DNA of 64,000 bases. Origin: Lytechinus pictus. Its lineage: Eukaryota. Where the stretch lies: NCBI RefSeq assembly GCF_037042905.1, contig NC_087251.1:5210001-5274000 (forward strand), read 5' to 3'. Of the stretch, positions 27,532 through 40,714 are shown piece after piece. The notes beneath the pieces are model-generated. The model was not told where the DNA came from. It saw nothing but the letters and a program-made list of their open reading frames with translations, and made no database searches. A program made the translations under genes and the position numbers. The stretch's first letter is position 1. The number at the start of each line of letters is the position of its first letter.

Positions 27532-30500
27532 GTAAGTTTATATTTCGTTCTTGTTTATTATTACTGTTTTAAAGTTGTGTCTCACTCTTTTCGTAATGTC
27601 TTTATATCGTGTATGTCTTGTATAATGCAATCAGTATAAGATTTAACATTGCTTTATAATGTTTCATCATAAAGTGTTGGTGTAGATCTTCCTTTATCCT
27701 TCTAAATTAAATTTGTGTACAAAGATTGTAATTTGAGCTACGTTTGGAGATTTCCGTAAATCCTTCAATCAAAAGAGAAATGTTTCGCTTCAGCCAGAAA
27801 CTAATTTGTATCTTAGTCTTTAGTGGATATAGATGCAGCTGTTAAAGCTCTCTTCTTTCCCAGAGGCTTGTTGGAGTTATTGGAAGTTAGGAACATGAAT
27901 CAAAATCACATCGCCTTACGATATCAATTTCTTTAAGTTTGTTGATGTGGAATGATCCATCATTAGGTTACAAAGCGAGTTAGGGCAGAATGAGATCCGA
28001 AAGAAAAGAATATTTGAACATTTTGATTCTGAATAGAAGAGTACATTTAGTATGTTATTGCACTAAAACGATCTGCATTTAAAGTAGATTAATTATCTAC
28101 TGTATATTTTAGTACACCTCCATTCTTTAGTAATTCCAGACAAATATTTATTGAGTAAGCGAAATTTGTACAGAAAAATGTGTTATTAGTTGGCTACACC
28201 CCCCCCCCCCACACACACACGATTATTCCTCCCCTTTTGGATTCCCTTCAAGACATTTTGATATTAATTCACACATTCCCATTCTCCACATGTATGTCTT
28301 TGGGGTCCCCATTGTTGCACATTCTTACATAACATTTCCTAAAGAAGACAATCATTGCCTTGAATTAACAAATTATTGAATTCGTCAACTCTGTATCACT
28401 AGTATCACTTGTACTTGCACATGTAATTAGATACTTTGTACAAATATTGCGATCTGTTTTATGTGGTTTTTGTATTGCAGAAATCTTAGCCCAAATCATT
28501 ATATAAATGTATGTGGATACTAACAATATTTGTAAATTATTTAGATTATGATTTACTGTATAAAGAATGATAGGAATATGTTTATATTGTAAATGTGAAA
28601 AATGACCTTGGCATTCAGTGCAAGCTACTTGTACCTAACCTAAATATTTCAAAATTTTCAATCCCCTCCCCCCCACAAAAAAAAAACTAAAATAAAAGCC
28701 TATGGATGTTTGCCATATCAGGCATTGCTGCATTGTCAATAATTATTAGTCTTATGTACAGTACATTGCACAGAGGATATCATGTAAACAATCAGTGCTT
28801 TTTCAATTATCCCCCACACTATTCAGGTCACGTCACATTGATATTATAGACAAACATAACCATACGGCAAGAGATATCCAAACTATAACTATGTGATATA
28901 GTTTCTAACTTGGGGCCCTGTTGCACAAGATAACTCTTGTAACTTTGACATCACATGTTATCTGCCTACCATAGTTACTAAGCTCAACAGCCAATAAAAA
29001 ATCTAGAATTCCAGAGAAGTAACCATGATTATAGTTACCTTTTTAGCAATTGGCTCCTGGACTGCAATTGTCCCAAAATGTACTGATAACTTTTTTGTGT
29101 GTTTGTTTCTAGTCATGTTTTGTCTGTTTCCGTTTGTTTGTTCTGTATGTTAGTGTTGTTTTGTTTTGGGTTTTCAAGGAATCATAAGGTGGCTATGTAG
29201 TATAGACTAAACATTTTTCTTTTCTTGTTTTGAAAATTTCCATTCATTCTATTTAGGCATCATAGATTATTCAATTTTGATTGAATAATTTATATTGTGT
29301 GTGTATAGTTGTCATTTTGAAATAAAAACATAAACCTTTATTTGTATATTTTGTCTATTATCATGTCTAATTATTTTTTTATTTAAATGCCAAAAATTTC
29401 AACATCTGATGAGCAAATTATATGTGTATAGATATAGTTAGCTTGCCTGAGTTTGAGTGATTTCAGCCTTTTTTAAAACCTAGAGAAACAAGTTTACAGG
29501 AGCTATGTCACTTAAAATGTTCAAATGGCTTATGTTAGGACACCCATAATATGTTAGTTAGCTGTTTATTCCTTTAGAATCCATTTAAGGGAATCAAATA
29601 ACTTATTTGGCATTTACAGTTTTACACCCATATGTGTACTGTAGTCTGTATAAAAAGGTGTTATGAATGACTAATACAACAGTTATTAAAGAATACACAC
29701 AAAACCTGATAGAGAACTTTGATTGTTTGCCATGTTGGCACGCGTGGCATTTAATAATGAATAGTATCAATTAGTGATGCTCTCTTTAAATGAAGCTACA
29801 ATAATATGACAAGTAATTAACGTCTATGATATACTCCGCAACCTCAGATCTTGTAGATATCTACACACACACACACACACTCCCATATACAGACGTGCAA
29901 AACTTCTTAATAAAAATATATGTCATCTACTCTGGCGATGATATTTCCTCTCTAAATATATTCTTCCAGGGTTTGTTTTGTTGTCATTGTAACTGTCCTT
30001 GTCGATCAATTTAGATCGCAACTAAATTTTGCTATAAATAGATCCTATTCATCCTCAAAGACTACATTGGATAGTACAGTACTTTAGTGGTAATTTGGTG
30101 GTAATTTCATTGGATTCTGTTCGAACTCATTTTGAGATCATTACCGCAACTGGTATTTATGTTCAATCAGGTTACATGGTCTTTTAGGAAGTCGCAGCTG
30201 GATACTTAACATTAATGAGGAACTGATTTATTTCCACTGTTTTGAAGGAAAGAAAGCATAAGATTGTATATTTCCATCATGCATTTTATGCAATGAACAA
30301 ATCCTACTATGGACCTGACTTGCAGTGGCTGCATCTTTAATTTTTAAACTTCACAAATGTATAATGTTGGTTGAGAGGGCATACATACCATATTGTACAG
30401 TAATGGAATATACTACTAGAGAGAGTGAGTTCAGCTTGAACTGTGGTATATCTGTACTCTCCTGGGTCATTGGAAGAAATGATGACCCTTTGATGACCTC

Positions 30501-32298
30501 TTCTTATCTACCCTCTGGCAAGGCCAGTCTATATATAGACACACCATCTGAGGTCACTCAGGACAAGGATGACACTAGTCTTGACCATCACACCCTTTTG
30601 GATATTAGTTATAAGATAATTACAAAACTTTTTGGCTTTGACTGTTTGCATGTGTGCATGTTTTTATCTTCCAGAAAAAAAATGCAAGCTAGATATCTAT
30701 GAATTGTGGACTGAAGAGCTTATATTTACATTATATTCTCAGTATAAACCACATCAACTATGTGTGGTTTAAGTTCAGGCTTCCTTGATAATTGTGAGTG
30801 GTAACAGACATGTACTCTTAAAACTAACAACCATCCCTCGCATTTCATGGTACACTTTCAAGTGTTTAGCTGATATACCAATCATCATATCTAATGAATT
30901 GTACAAGGGGCACGGGAAATACACTGTAGTAGGCTCAGCTGTGACACTGATTAATTCTATGAAGGGCTGAACAATCAAGACTATTAACTGCCCATAGCAT
31001 TCAGTGCAGATTGATGGAAAGAGTCCACAAATAACTAGAAAAATCCACACCTTCCTTTTGACTCAGTTCTATATTTATCCATTCCTATATCTGCCCAATA
31101 CTATTTTTGTTTCAAGCAGATTTTCTCTAAAAATACAGTTGAATCCATTCATTTATCTTTAGCCCGTTTTAGATATCAGTTGAGCAGCTGCAGTGCTTTT
31201 CTCTTTCAATTTCTTAGGATTGTTTTGTATTGATAGCTGCTATTAACGTTCCTAGGTGATTTGTTTTTCAATTTGTTAAAAATGTGTAATTTTATTGATG
31301 TCCTCTCCATGTCTTTAGAATTATGATGTATTTTCTCCTGTAAGGGATGGACAAAGATTGTGCATCTGAAAACAATTTGTCTTGTATAAAAGTAGAATTT
31401 GTAACTAGACTAAAAACAATGAGAATAAAAAAAAGTTGGAAATTGACAAACTTACAGTAATTCTAGTTGTGCTTATTACATAGATGATGCATGTGGTATT
31501 ATTGATTATACTGAATTAAAGCCATGGGATTGATTTAATGTATGATACTGTGATCAAGTCTCAAGTTTATTCTTCTACTCAAATAGAAATTTGAAGTCAA
31601 GTCATTGTTCATTTTGCCACATTCAGGTATCATCAACGAACGATTATTTCTTGGGTTGAATCAGATCTTTTCTATTTGGGGAATTCGATGCGTTTATAGG
31701 GCTCAATGCCAAGTTCAAAATAATTCCCCCTTGTATTACAGGCCCTTTTCTTACACCCATTGTAAAAAGCAGTCTGTTGCTCAGACATGACACCTAATGA
31801 AAGGTCATGACACCCAAAGTTATTTTCATCCTGCTAATGTAACCCAAAGCCTGTCTCTTGGTTACTATCCTTGGACCAACTAATTAGATTTGATGAAAGA
31901 TATGTACAATTCAACCTGTGTGCTTAGAACAATGCAATGTTGAGACTAGAACCAAGACTATATCTGAATAGGAAATGTGAGAGGAAGAGCAGTTAAATGA
32001 GCATTGTTGAACTATGATTAGTCCAAGACATGACTCATGATATCTCAGAGATACTGTAATTGTTTTATCTCCATGATCAGTTAAAGTATGAATTGGTTTG
32101 TTTGATTTTTTTCTACCTCATGTAGATTTTGTAATGGGCATCCTAAAATCGTTCAACATTTTCAAAAATTTTATCAAGCTCAATCACCCTATTTTTGTTC
32201 TTTCAGATCCCTGTCTTACTTCTTTTTGAGCAACTGGACTCTTGTTGACCATCTACTTCTTTGAAGAGTGCAATGAGAGAAATAAGGAATGACTCGAA

Positions 32299-33669
32299 AT
32301 GAAGCAGTTACATCTATCTTCATTATACACTAACCTCAGTGAGGATCGGGCCATTGTTATCATCATGCAAGAATCAACAGTCACACCAACGTCTCATCTC
32401 CTTCCTAGCAATAGCACCAGTCAGGATATTCCAACTACACTTTTCACAGAGAGTGATGATTCTGAGTGGAGCTTCCAGTCTTACATCGCCCTGGGCATCA
32501 TCTTTGTCCTCATGACCGTAACCTTCATTGGAAATATCCTCATAATCGTTTCAGTTGCCAAGTTCAAGAGGCTGCAGATACCACCCAACTACATCTTGGT
32601 GAACCTTGCAGTGGCTGATCTAGGCGTGGCTGTCATGACCCTTCTCCTCTTTGCATTCAACTTCTTGAGCGAGACAGGAGGGGTACTTTGTTTGTTGCCA
32701 TACTGCTTCATGTCACTCTTCAGTGGTGTCTCTGTGCTCAATCTCAGCATCATCGCCTACGACCGCTACTCTGCTCTGGTTGAGCCTCTGAAGTACTCTG
32801 CACGCATTACATCGTTCCATATTGCAGTAATCTGCCTTGTGGTATGGATCTATGTTACTATTATATCTGTTATCCCTATGATTGGATGGTTCATTCCTCT
32901 ACCAGGGACCAGTATGGACATGCTCTGCTCACTCAACTTCTACCACAACTACACCTCCCTTGCTCAGGTCATAGCCATCTTCTTACCTGCTTTGGTGTGT
33001 ATGTTTTTTTGCTACTGCCGTGTAATGCTTGTTGCTAGACACCACACCAGGGCTATTTCAGCCGTCCAGTTCTCTCTGTTCCCTGGTGCCATTAAAAACT
33101 ATAACACTTTTAAAGGAAGCAAGTACTGGAAGACACTTGCTCTCATCCTAGGTGTATTTACTTTAACATGGGGTACGTTCATCACTACAGTCATAGTTGA
33201 AGTCTTCTGCAAAGCATGTGCTCAATTCCTGACCATGCACAACTACTCAGGATTATTGCTTTTGCTGAATAGTTGTCTCAATCCATGGATCTATGCGTTC
33301 CGCAATCAGGACTTCCGAGCAGCATTCAGGCGAATTTTAAGGTGCTTTTGGAGGCCATGCAAAAAGGGATCAAAGCGGTCCAACTCGAGTTCAGTCAATG
33401 AGCGAAGGAACTCACGCATGTCTGTTGCCTTGAGCAGGACAAACAGTCTCTGTGGAAATCTTCAGACACTTCAAATGCTCTATGAACAAGAAATGGCTCT
33501 CAAAAACAATAATCAGCCAAACTTTAAAGATGGTGAAGTAGAAACCAGACACACCTCCATTGGAAATAGCAAGAGCTCTGTTGAGAAGGAGGAGGTGACT
33601 GAACCACATGTTCCTTCCAGAGAAGACCAAGTTTCATCCAGAGAACCAATGCAAATTGAAGAAGCTTAA
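32299..33669 (+). CDS. Class A (rhodopsin-family) GPCR, single coding exon; non-aminergic, GPR119/adenosine/melanocortin-cluster-like orphan
   Basis: Seven hydrophobic segments with GN (TM1), NLAVADL (TM2), C3.25 and DRY (TM3), W (TM4), FLP (TM5), FTLTW (TM6), NSCLNPWIY (TM7) and helix 8 DFRAAF; N-glycosylation sequons in the N-terminus; acceptor tttttgttctttcag|32207. The true start may be the Met at 32365. Confidence 0.96.
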   Translation: MKQLHLSSLYTNLSEDRAIVIIMQESTVTPTSHLLPSNSTSQDIPTTLFTESDDSEWSFQSYIALGIIFVLMTVTFIGNILIIVSVAKFKRLQIPPNYILVNLAVADLGVAVMTLLLFAFNFLSETGGVLCLLPYCFMSLFSGVSVLNLSIIAYDRYSALVEPLKYSARITSFHIAVICLVVWIYVTIISVIPMIGWFIPLPGTSMDMLCSLNFYHNYTSLAQVIAIFLPALVCMFFCYCRVMLVARHHTRAISAVQFSLFPGAIKNYNTFKGSKYWKTLALILGVFTLTWGTFITTVIVEVFCKACAQFLTMHNYSGLLLLLNSCLNPWIYAFRNQDFRAAFRRILRCFWRPCKKGSKRSNSSSVNERRNSRMSVALSRTNSLCGNLQTLQMLYEQEMALKNNNQPNFKDGEVETRHTSIGNSKSSVEKEEVTEPHVPSREDQVSSREPMQIEEA

Positions 33670-36600
33670 ACTCTTTATTCAGTGATCAATGGTCTTCAGA
33701 TCATTAGAAAAATGAAATAATGCAAACTGTCCAGAGCAAAGAAAATTTGTCCATTAATTTTTTCATGTTCAGTACTTGGTTTGTAATGCCATTTTTTTTT
33801 CTTCAGAGAAAGGTACATGTTACCATAAACAATATTAAATTTGTAATTTACCCATAGAATATTCATTCACAGGTTTGCAATTGTGGATATTTTATTAATT
33901 GGAAGACAGATTCAATTTAGGATCTTATCCTATCCTGCAAAGAAATTTGCTGATATTCCTGTTCTTATGGATTTAATGAAGCAACCAGAAGGAATTAAAA
34001 GGAACATATGTACATTTTTTGAAAGTACAACTCCGTTCTGAGAAAGCTAATTACTAGGGCGAATTTACGGGGTAAAGAACAGATTGGGTTGAACCATTGA
34101 AAGGGGATTTGAGAGATGTTGCGTTCTTGAAAGTAAATAATGAAATAAAACTTTAAAAAATTGAATTGAATATTTTGCACTATGGTTTGAATGGCACCTT
34201 GCCTTTGTATGAATGCTTTATTTAAGGTTTGACAGAAGAAAAAAATGGTCAAATGTATAGCTGATTGAGGTTAATGGAAGACTTCTGACATGGTGCTAAT
34301 TTGCATGTAGGAGATACATGTACTGTATTTTCTAGTAAGACTAGATTTTAGGTGATTAGAATGTTCTTATCACATGACATCATGGAGACTGATTTATTTG
34401 TAGCAAGATATGGAATATTTTTGTGCAATCTTGTTTTTCATATGTGTGTACCAAAGAGATGTCTGAATTGCTAGGGAAAATTGATTTACTTAACAGTCTA
34501 CCTTTGTTCTATGATGTGATGTCATGCATTATCTTGTCTATGTATGTACGTACCTATACCAAAAAACATTTTTAATGTTCCAGAGCAGTCAACACTGGGC
34601 AAGAAGCAATTTCATTTGTACATGAGAATGTAATTTTATGAATGAAATGTTAATAACAGTTCTGTTATTTACGTGAAAGAAATATGACATGTGTGCAATT
34701 TTTTAACATGGAACTTGAAACAGAACTTTTTCTTTGTCAGTGTTAAACTAAAGCTCTGATCAGAGAATTGAAAAAAAGTTTCAGTCATGGGGAAGAAAAT
34801 TAATTACAAGTTATACTGAGTGGAAAAAACAATGTACAGAAAAGTCTTGTCCCTGTATTTAATTCAATATTTTAATATACTTCTTACATCATCATTTGTA
34901 AAGAACAATTATTTAGGATAGTGTAAGCTGTTTTATATGCTCAAATTTGTACATTGAAGTTGTATTTATTCTTGCAATGATGGTTTTTATACTTTTTCAA
35001 AGCATGCAAATGTTACATTTGCATTTTTTTGTACTACTTGTTCTATCTCGTGCATTTATATGAACATATAAAGATTTAAACCACTTGTACTCTTAAGAAT
35101 CGTGTGCCAAGAATCACATTTATTTGTTGGTCAATTACATTAGAATCAGGGGTCAACAAAATCTACTTTATGATGTTTGTTTACGATACTGTGAGTTTTT
35201 GAATGAGATGCTTTTATTTGGGGTAATAGATAAGTGAGCTTGGTAAAAAAAGAAGCTGTTTAAAAATATACCTTTCAAAGAAAAGGCTATTTTTTATAGA
35301 TTTGTCAAACATCAAAAAAAAAGTACACACAAATCACATTATGTTCTGCCGAAGTAATTATAGATTTCTTCAGTTACAAGTGGATTGAAGAGTACATACA
35401 CATTAAAAAAAAATATTAATTAGAGATTAATCAAGTATTTTGGAGATTTGTGTTTAAATGATTCTATGGAACAATCCACCGCTATTTACTTTTTGCTTAG
35501 TCGTTAATCGAGTGTTATTGGCCTGGGAAGGGGGTTCAATTCCTTACTGCTTATGTCAAGCCATCACACACTTCAAACAGTCTGTCACAGCACTTGTTTT
35601 ACAGACAAGGCAGAGGTTAGATTAAACTTTCAGCCAATAAGACTTCAATTTTTTAATACAGTTGATGCCTTGAGTAGAAGTCAAGTTGAGAGGGTGTGCA
35701 ATGATGTTATTGACATAGAGAGAGGTGTGCTTTCCATAAAATATGCCATTTTCAGGCTTTTGATTGCCATACAATTCATACCCTTCCTCTCCATCTCAGA
35801 ACAGTTTTACAAGGTGTGTGTTGGCTTGGTACAGTTGATAGTCTGCCAAGATTTTCACCCAATTTTTATCAGTTGTGCAATTTCATTCATATTAATTTTT
35901 CATTTATTTATCTGATTTCTGGTCATTTATTTTACACTGCATTTGACCATTGCTTGTCAAACTTGTCAATAAAATGATGCACTTAAGTTTTGATTATCCT
36001 CTTGAGTGTAAATTTAATGAGGAGAGAGAGTGGTAGCTGATAGAGGATGAAGAGTTAAATAAGAGGGAATGATGGCGGAGGGAGGGGACAGAGAGAGCAA
36101 GGAAGAGATAAAAGAAAGTAGAAAATGAGAGCAAGAAAGGAAGAGACATGGCAGGGGGGGGGCACTTGGATTTGGAAAGGTTAGGGGTGTGTGGCCACAA
36201 AATCTGAAACCATACCTAAGAGTGGAAGTTGCTTCTGGAATTAGGGGCTTAAGAACTCAAAAGTTAGATGGCCCTCTATGAATAGAAATGTTTGGGAACT
36301 GGAATTTAACATGAAATGTTGGCCTTTAGAACCGAGGCCTGAAATGAAGGGGTGGACAGGTTGGTGAATGAAAAAGGGTGAAAATTATGATTGGGAACGG
36401 CTGGCAAGGTTTGAAAAGGGGATCTTAAGGGCCACACATAACCATACTGCCATTATATGTGAGTGCCCCCCCCCCCCCCCCCCGGGACAGGTGTAAGAGA
36501 GGGAGAGAGATGGAGGGAAAGGGAATAGGGAGAGTGGGGGTGGGAGACTAAGCAAGAGCGAGAGAATTGGAAGTGGTGAAATTGGAGGAAAAGGAAAGGA

Positions 36601-36878
36601 AGCAAGAAAGAATAGAGGGGGATGTAAATGGAGGAAGAGAGGTTGATGCGAGTGGAGAAAAGAAATAGATGGGTTTGAGAAACAGAAAACAGGAGAAAGA
36701 TTAATGGAGAGAGAAGCACACACAGAAGGGGATGGTGGGAGGGAAACAAGAAAAAGTCATGATTCTAGTCATGATTAAGATAAATGCAAGTACTTAGTAT
36801 GCTATATCAACATGGAACAGAAAATGAGAAAGCCAAGATGACAAAGGGGTAGTGAGAAAGGGTATTAGGATTTAAAAT

Positions 36879-37444
36879 AACATGTGGAATGCCTCTGGCA
36901 GTCTCGCCTGCATTACGCGATTCAATATAGCAGCAGTGCCGACTTTGAAAACAGCTATTGAATAATTATTAACAAAAGAAAACACTCATAATAATAAAAT
37001 ACTATGTCCATTGACCCAACATGACCTTTGACTATGATCATGTGACCTAAGACGTGTGGAAAAACAATCATTCATACTTGATTAACCTTATATCTATGTT
37101 TCATGAACTACATGTGTAGATCCATAAACTTTTTAAAGTTCTGATGACAAATATCCCCAACACCGCCAAAGTTCATTGACCTTAAATGACCTTTGATCTT
37201 GGTCATGTGACCTGAAACACGCTCAGGATATTCAGGGATAAATGGTTACTCTTATGTCCAAGTTTCATGAACTAGATCTATAAACTTTTTAAGTTATGAC
37301 AATTCCACACATACCCCAACATGATCAAAGTTCGTTGACCCTAGATGACATTTGACCTTGGTCATGTGACCTTAAACTCAGGCAGGATCGTCGTCGTAAA
37401 AGCGGTGCCTATAGCCTTGCTCTGCTATGCAGGGGAGACAAAAA
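36879..37444 (-). mobile_element. HINE-like element with tgacctttgacc tandem core
   Basis: Starts aacatgtggaatgcctctggcagtctcgcctgc, carries ~3 units with gttcattgacc..atgacctttgacc, and ends gcaggggagacaaaaa (subterminal inverted repeat). Confidence 0.6.
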
Positions 37445-37734
37445 TTGACAGAGGAAGAGATAAATGGTATATAACAACTTGAACAAGAATATATTGGAAA
37501 CTGAACCAAGGGAAACCATATATAGTCTGAGAAAAGAATGAGTTCCTCTTTCAAATCCGGAGATAGAATGATGAACATTTTCATAGCATGTGCCTACATG
37601 AATGATGATGAATTAATGAGTCATAAATGGGATACTACAGATTGATATCATTGGTTAATGAAAAATAAGTTATCTGAGAATATTCTAAAACAGAGTTAAA
37701 TAAAATTTTCTACTCTCTCTCTCCCTTCACTCTC

Positions 37735-37857
37735 ATAGGACCCCATTGGAAATAAGCCTTTCGGCTTTCATGGGCTATCCTGTCAAGGTATTTCCTCAAT
37801 TTCATTGTAATCTCCTGTGATATTCTTGACGAATAAAATCAATCAATCAATCAATCA
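37735..37857 (+). mobile_element. LINE 3' terminal fragment
   Basis: Stem-loop region ccattggaaataagcctttcggctttcatggg, then aataaaa and an (atca)n tail. Confidence 0.5.
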
Positions 37858-38156
37858 TTTCTGTCCTCATGATTTCTCTCTCTCTTGTACCTCCCTCTCA
37901 CTATCTCTCTCTTCTCCCCTTTCTTTCTCTTCTTTCATAAATCTACATGTATTTAATTTGTCTTCACATCATACTAAACCACTCTCCCCCTTCCAACAAA
38001 AGCAATGGATAAGATACAAATTTGATCCCAATGTACGGTACTTTGAATGTTCATGAATACACTTTAACATTCTCTCTCTCTATTTCCACAAAGATTTAAG
38101 TATGACTTTAAGTCCTGCTTGGGTAGGCATATCTTTTTAGAATGCACAATCATATG

Positions 38157-38303
38157 CAAGGGCCGCGGAAGCGGGCGGGCTTCAGCCCCCCCCCCCCCAC
38201 TTTTTTCCAAAACCATGTAAAAAACGTACAAATGACCATATGATTGTGATTTTTTGCATGGTCAGCCCCCCCCCCCACTTTGAAAACCGTTCCGCGCCCC
38301 CTG
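38157..38303. mobile_element. Short TIR MITE with poly-C tracts
   Basis: caagggccgcggaa ... ttccgcgcccctg, with atatg on both flanks. Confidence 0.55.
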
Positions 38304-38382
38304 ATATGGAAGGATAGTGCACATCTTCTGTGCATGATCTAACCAATGCTGTGACCCATTAAACATTACATAAAAGTAGGCA

Positions 38383-38620
38383 AGTAATAATACTATATAT
38401 AGCATTTATGAGGCGCCAATTTATCTAGTTGCCATTCCAATGGCGCACTATTTGGTGCATTCAAGGAATTAATCCTGCCAGGTACCCATTCACTTCACCT
38501 GGGTCGAGTGCAGCACAGTGTGGATAAATTTCTTGCTTAAGGAAAACATGCCATGGTAAGGATTCGAACCTACAACCGTTTGAAAGGCAAGAATCAGAAT
38601 CACTAGACCACGACGCACCC
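38383..38620 (-). mobile_element. tRNA-derived SINE
   Basis: Minus strand: A-box tggtctagtga, B-box ggttcgaatcc, central ccacactgtgctgcactcgacccaggtgaagtgaatgggtacc and an L2-type tail gcgcctcataaatgctatatatagtattattact. Confidence 0.8.
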
Positions 38621-39565
38621 ATGATATTTCGTCAGACTTGAATATTCGTGAAACATCCCAGCATTACAAGAACAGGATGAAACATTCCCTCTTTATATTC
38701 TTGATAAGTACTTCATTAAATTCACACTGTTTCAGTTGCCAATGTTATGTTTATTTAGACAAACATGTGAGAAAAAAAATAACACGCAAAATCAGGGGAA
38801 AATTAAATTTTATTATCTTCTGAGTACAGAATAAACTGTGATCCATGATGAAGAAGGAGGAATTGATCAATGGTTTCAACCAAAAGTTTAAGTGTACACT
38901 GTATGTTTTGTAAAATGTTATATAAATCTTTAATATTATAAGATGCTTTCATTATTTAAGGGTGTTGTTTTTTATTGAACTATTGCCAGAAACTAAAAGT
39001 GTAATAGTTTCCTACCTGTTCAAACAGAAAGGATTGAATTAGAATCTAAAAGTGAATAAATAATGTGTGTGGGGGATGTCTTCTACTCGTCTTTATTTTT
39101 TAACCCGTTTCTGTTTAGATACCAGCTACCTATCATTAAACCACATAAGTTATATGACACTTTAAAAAATGAACACAAGATGGCAGTATGCACAAATGAA
39201 ACAGAGAAGGCATTAAGTTCATACATTGCAATCTCTTTCAAATTTGAATCCAATTCTTTACAGAAATACAGACATCATGGAAAAGTTCTGAAGAAGCTGA
39301 AATACTGTCTCAAATGCCAAGGTCATTTAAATATCTTTTTTTTTGGCCAGGTAAAGTTAAAACAAATATTGCACAAAGGACCAAACATTCAATACTAATG
39401 TTCAGCAGAGTGCTTATTATCATAGTAGATATTCAGAAATACCTGCAGTATGGGATGATAGTTCCTAATATTATCATTACATGATAGCCATCAATGGGTT
39501 TTGGTGTTTTTACTATGCCAATGATATGTCTTGTAGGGTAATAATGATTCAATGTTTCCAAAATG

Positions 39566-40714
39566 CTAACTTGGTTTTTGAACTGATATCACTTCTTCAA
39601 CATGCCTCACATTGAGAGAGTTTGCTTCTTGATGACAGAGAGACAGCATGCCTTCCAGATTACCCATCACATAAGGCAACATAGATTTTCTAATGTTCTC
39701 ATTCTCCATCAGTACCAGTATATCACTTAGCAATCCTTGAAGCCTAGATACATAATCAGGAGGAATGGTAGTTTCACCAAGAGGATTAGCCATAGGTTGT
39801 GATAATAGTACTTCCTGTGCAATGTTACCTCTTTCAGTATTTATATCCAATGGGGTAGTTTGTTGCAAAGATGTTTGTTCATCATGATTTTCTCTTCTGA
39901 CTTTGGTATTACAAGTATCAGCCATTTGGAGGACCTCTACCACAACATTGTATGCAGTATCAGATGGAGGTTGGACTGGTTTACTCTTTTGAAGCTGACG
40001 CTGAATGGCACGAATTTGAGATTTGTTTATAAGCTTTAGTCTGTGGTCATAAATGGTGGATGAAGATTGAAGGCCAGGGCTTGGGTTTTGAAATTCCTGG
40101 TAGATTTGGTTGACAGTAGAGCCAGACTCAAGCTTGCTTCTGATGTCCTTCCGCACTGATTCTGGGAGAGGATGGTGCACAAGGTCACTGGGTGAGATAG
40201 CATGAGAGTGTGACTTGTAATATGAAACATCCACTCTTCCTGTCTTTTTGCACTGCCGAAGCAACATTCTAGCTGGACACACCAAATCTGTTTTGATAAC
40301 ACCTTTCTGAAGTTTCCTTCTCGTTTTTCTGCCTGGTTGATTCTTGGATGTGTGGCTCCTTGAACTTCCATCTCTTTGGCAGATATAGTGTTGGTGAGTA
40401 ACAGAACTATGAGTCACACATCCTCGCTGTTTTGTGAAACAAACAAAATTTTGTGCTTCCTCCTGCATCTTCCACATGAAAAACTTGTCCATTGATGAAA
40501 AGGTTAACTCTGTCTTGTCTATATGTTTACCATGAACCACTTCAAGATGAGACAATAATTTGGTTTGATGATAGAACTTTGCAGTGCATCCAGGAATGGT
40601 GCAGGAGGTCCTCTCTCTCTTTGTCTCCTTTTTATGGATTGTTCGTTTATGGCGATTCAGGTTTGTTCGGAAACTGAATTTCATCTTGCATGCAGGGCAT
40701 TCAAACCCTTTATC
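39566..40714 (-). CDS. Last coding exon of a C2H2 zinc-finger protein with a MULE-transposase-like (WRKY/GCM1-fold) DNA-binding domain
   Basis: Acceptor ttcttcacag|GAT at 40714 extends the ORF in frame to DKGFECPACKMKFSFRTNLNRHKRTIH (C2H2), then CTIPGC..HLEVVH (C2H2), then FSSMDKFFMWK..EE..F, YICQRDG, KTDLVCPARM, VDVSYYKSHSH; no stops to 39566; AATAAA on the minus strand at 38971-38976. Confidence 0.85.
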   Translation of the reverse strand, partial: DKGFECPACKMKFSFRTNLNRHKRTIHKKETKRERTSCTIPGCTAKFYHQTKLLSHLEVVHGKHIDKTELTFSSMDKFFMWKMQEEAQNFVCFTKQRGCVTHSSVTHQHYICQRDGSSRSHTSKNQPGRKTRRKLQKGVIKTDLVCPARMLLRQCKKTGRVDVSYYKSHSHAISPSDLVHHPLPESVRKDIRSKLESGSTVNQIYQEFQNPSPGLQSSSTIYDHRLKLINKSQIRAIQRQLQKSKPVQPPSDTAYNVVVEVLQMADTCNTKVRRENHDEQTSLQQTTPLDINTERGNIAQEVLLSQPMANPLGETTIPPDYVSRLQGLLSDILVLMENENIRKSMLPYVMGNLEGMLSLCHQEANSLNVRHVEEVISVQKPS

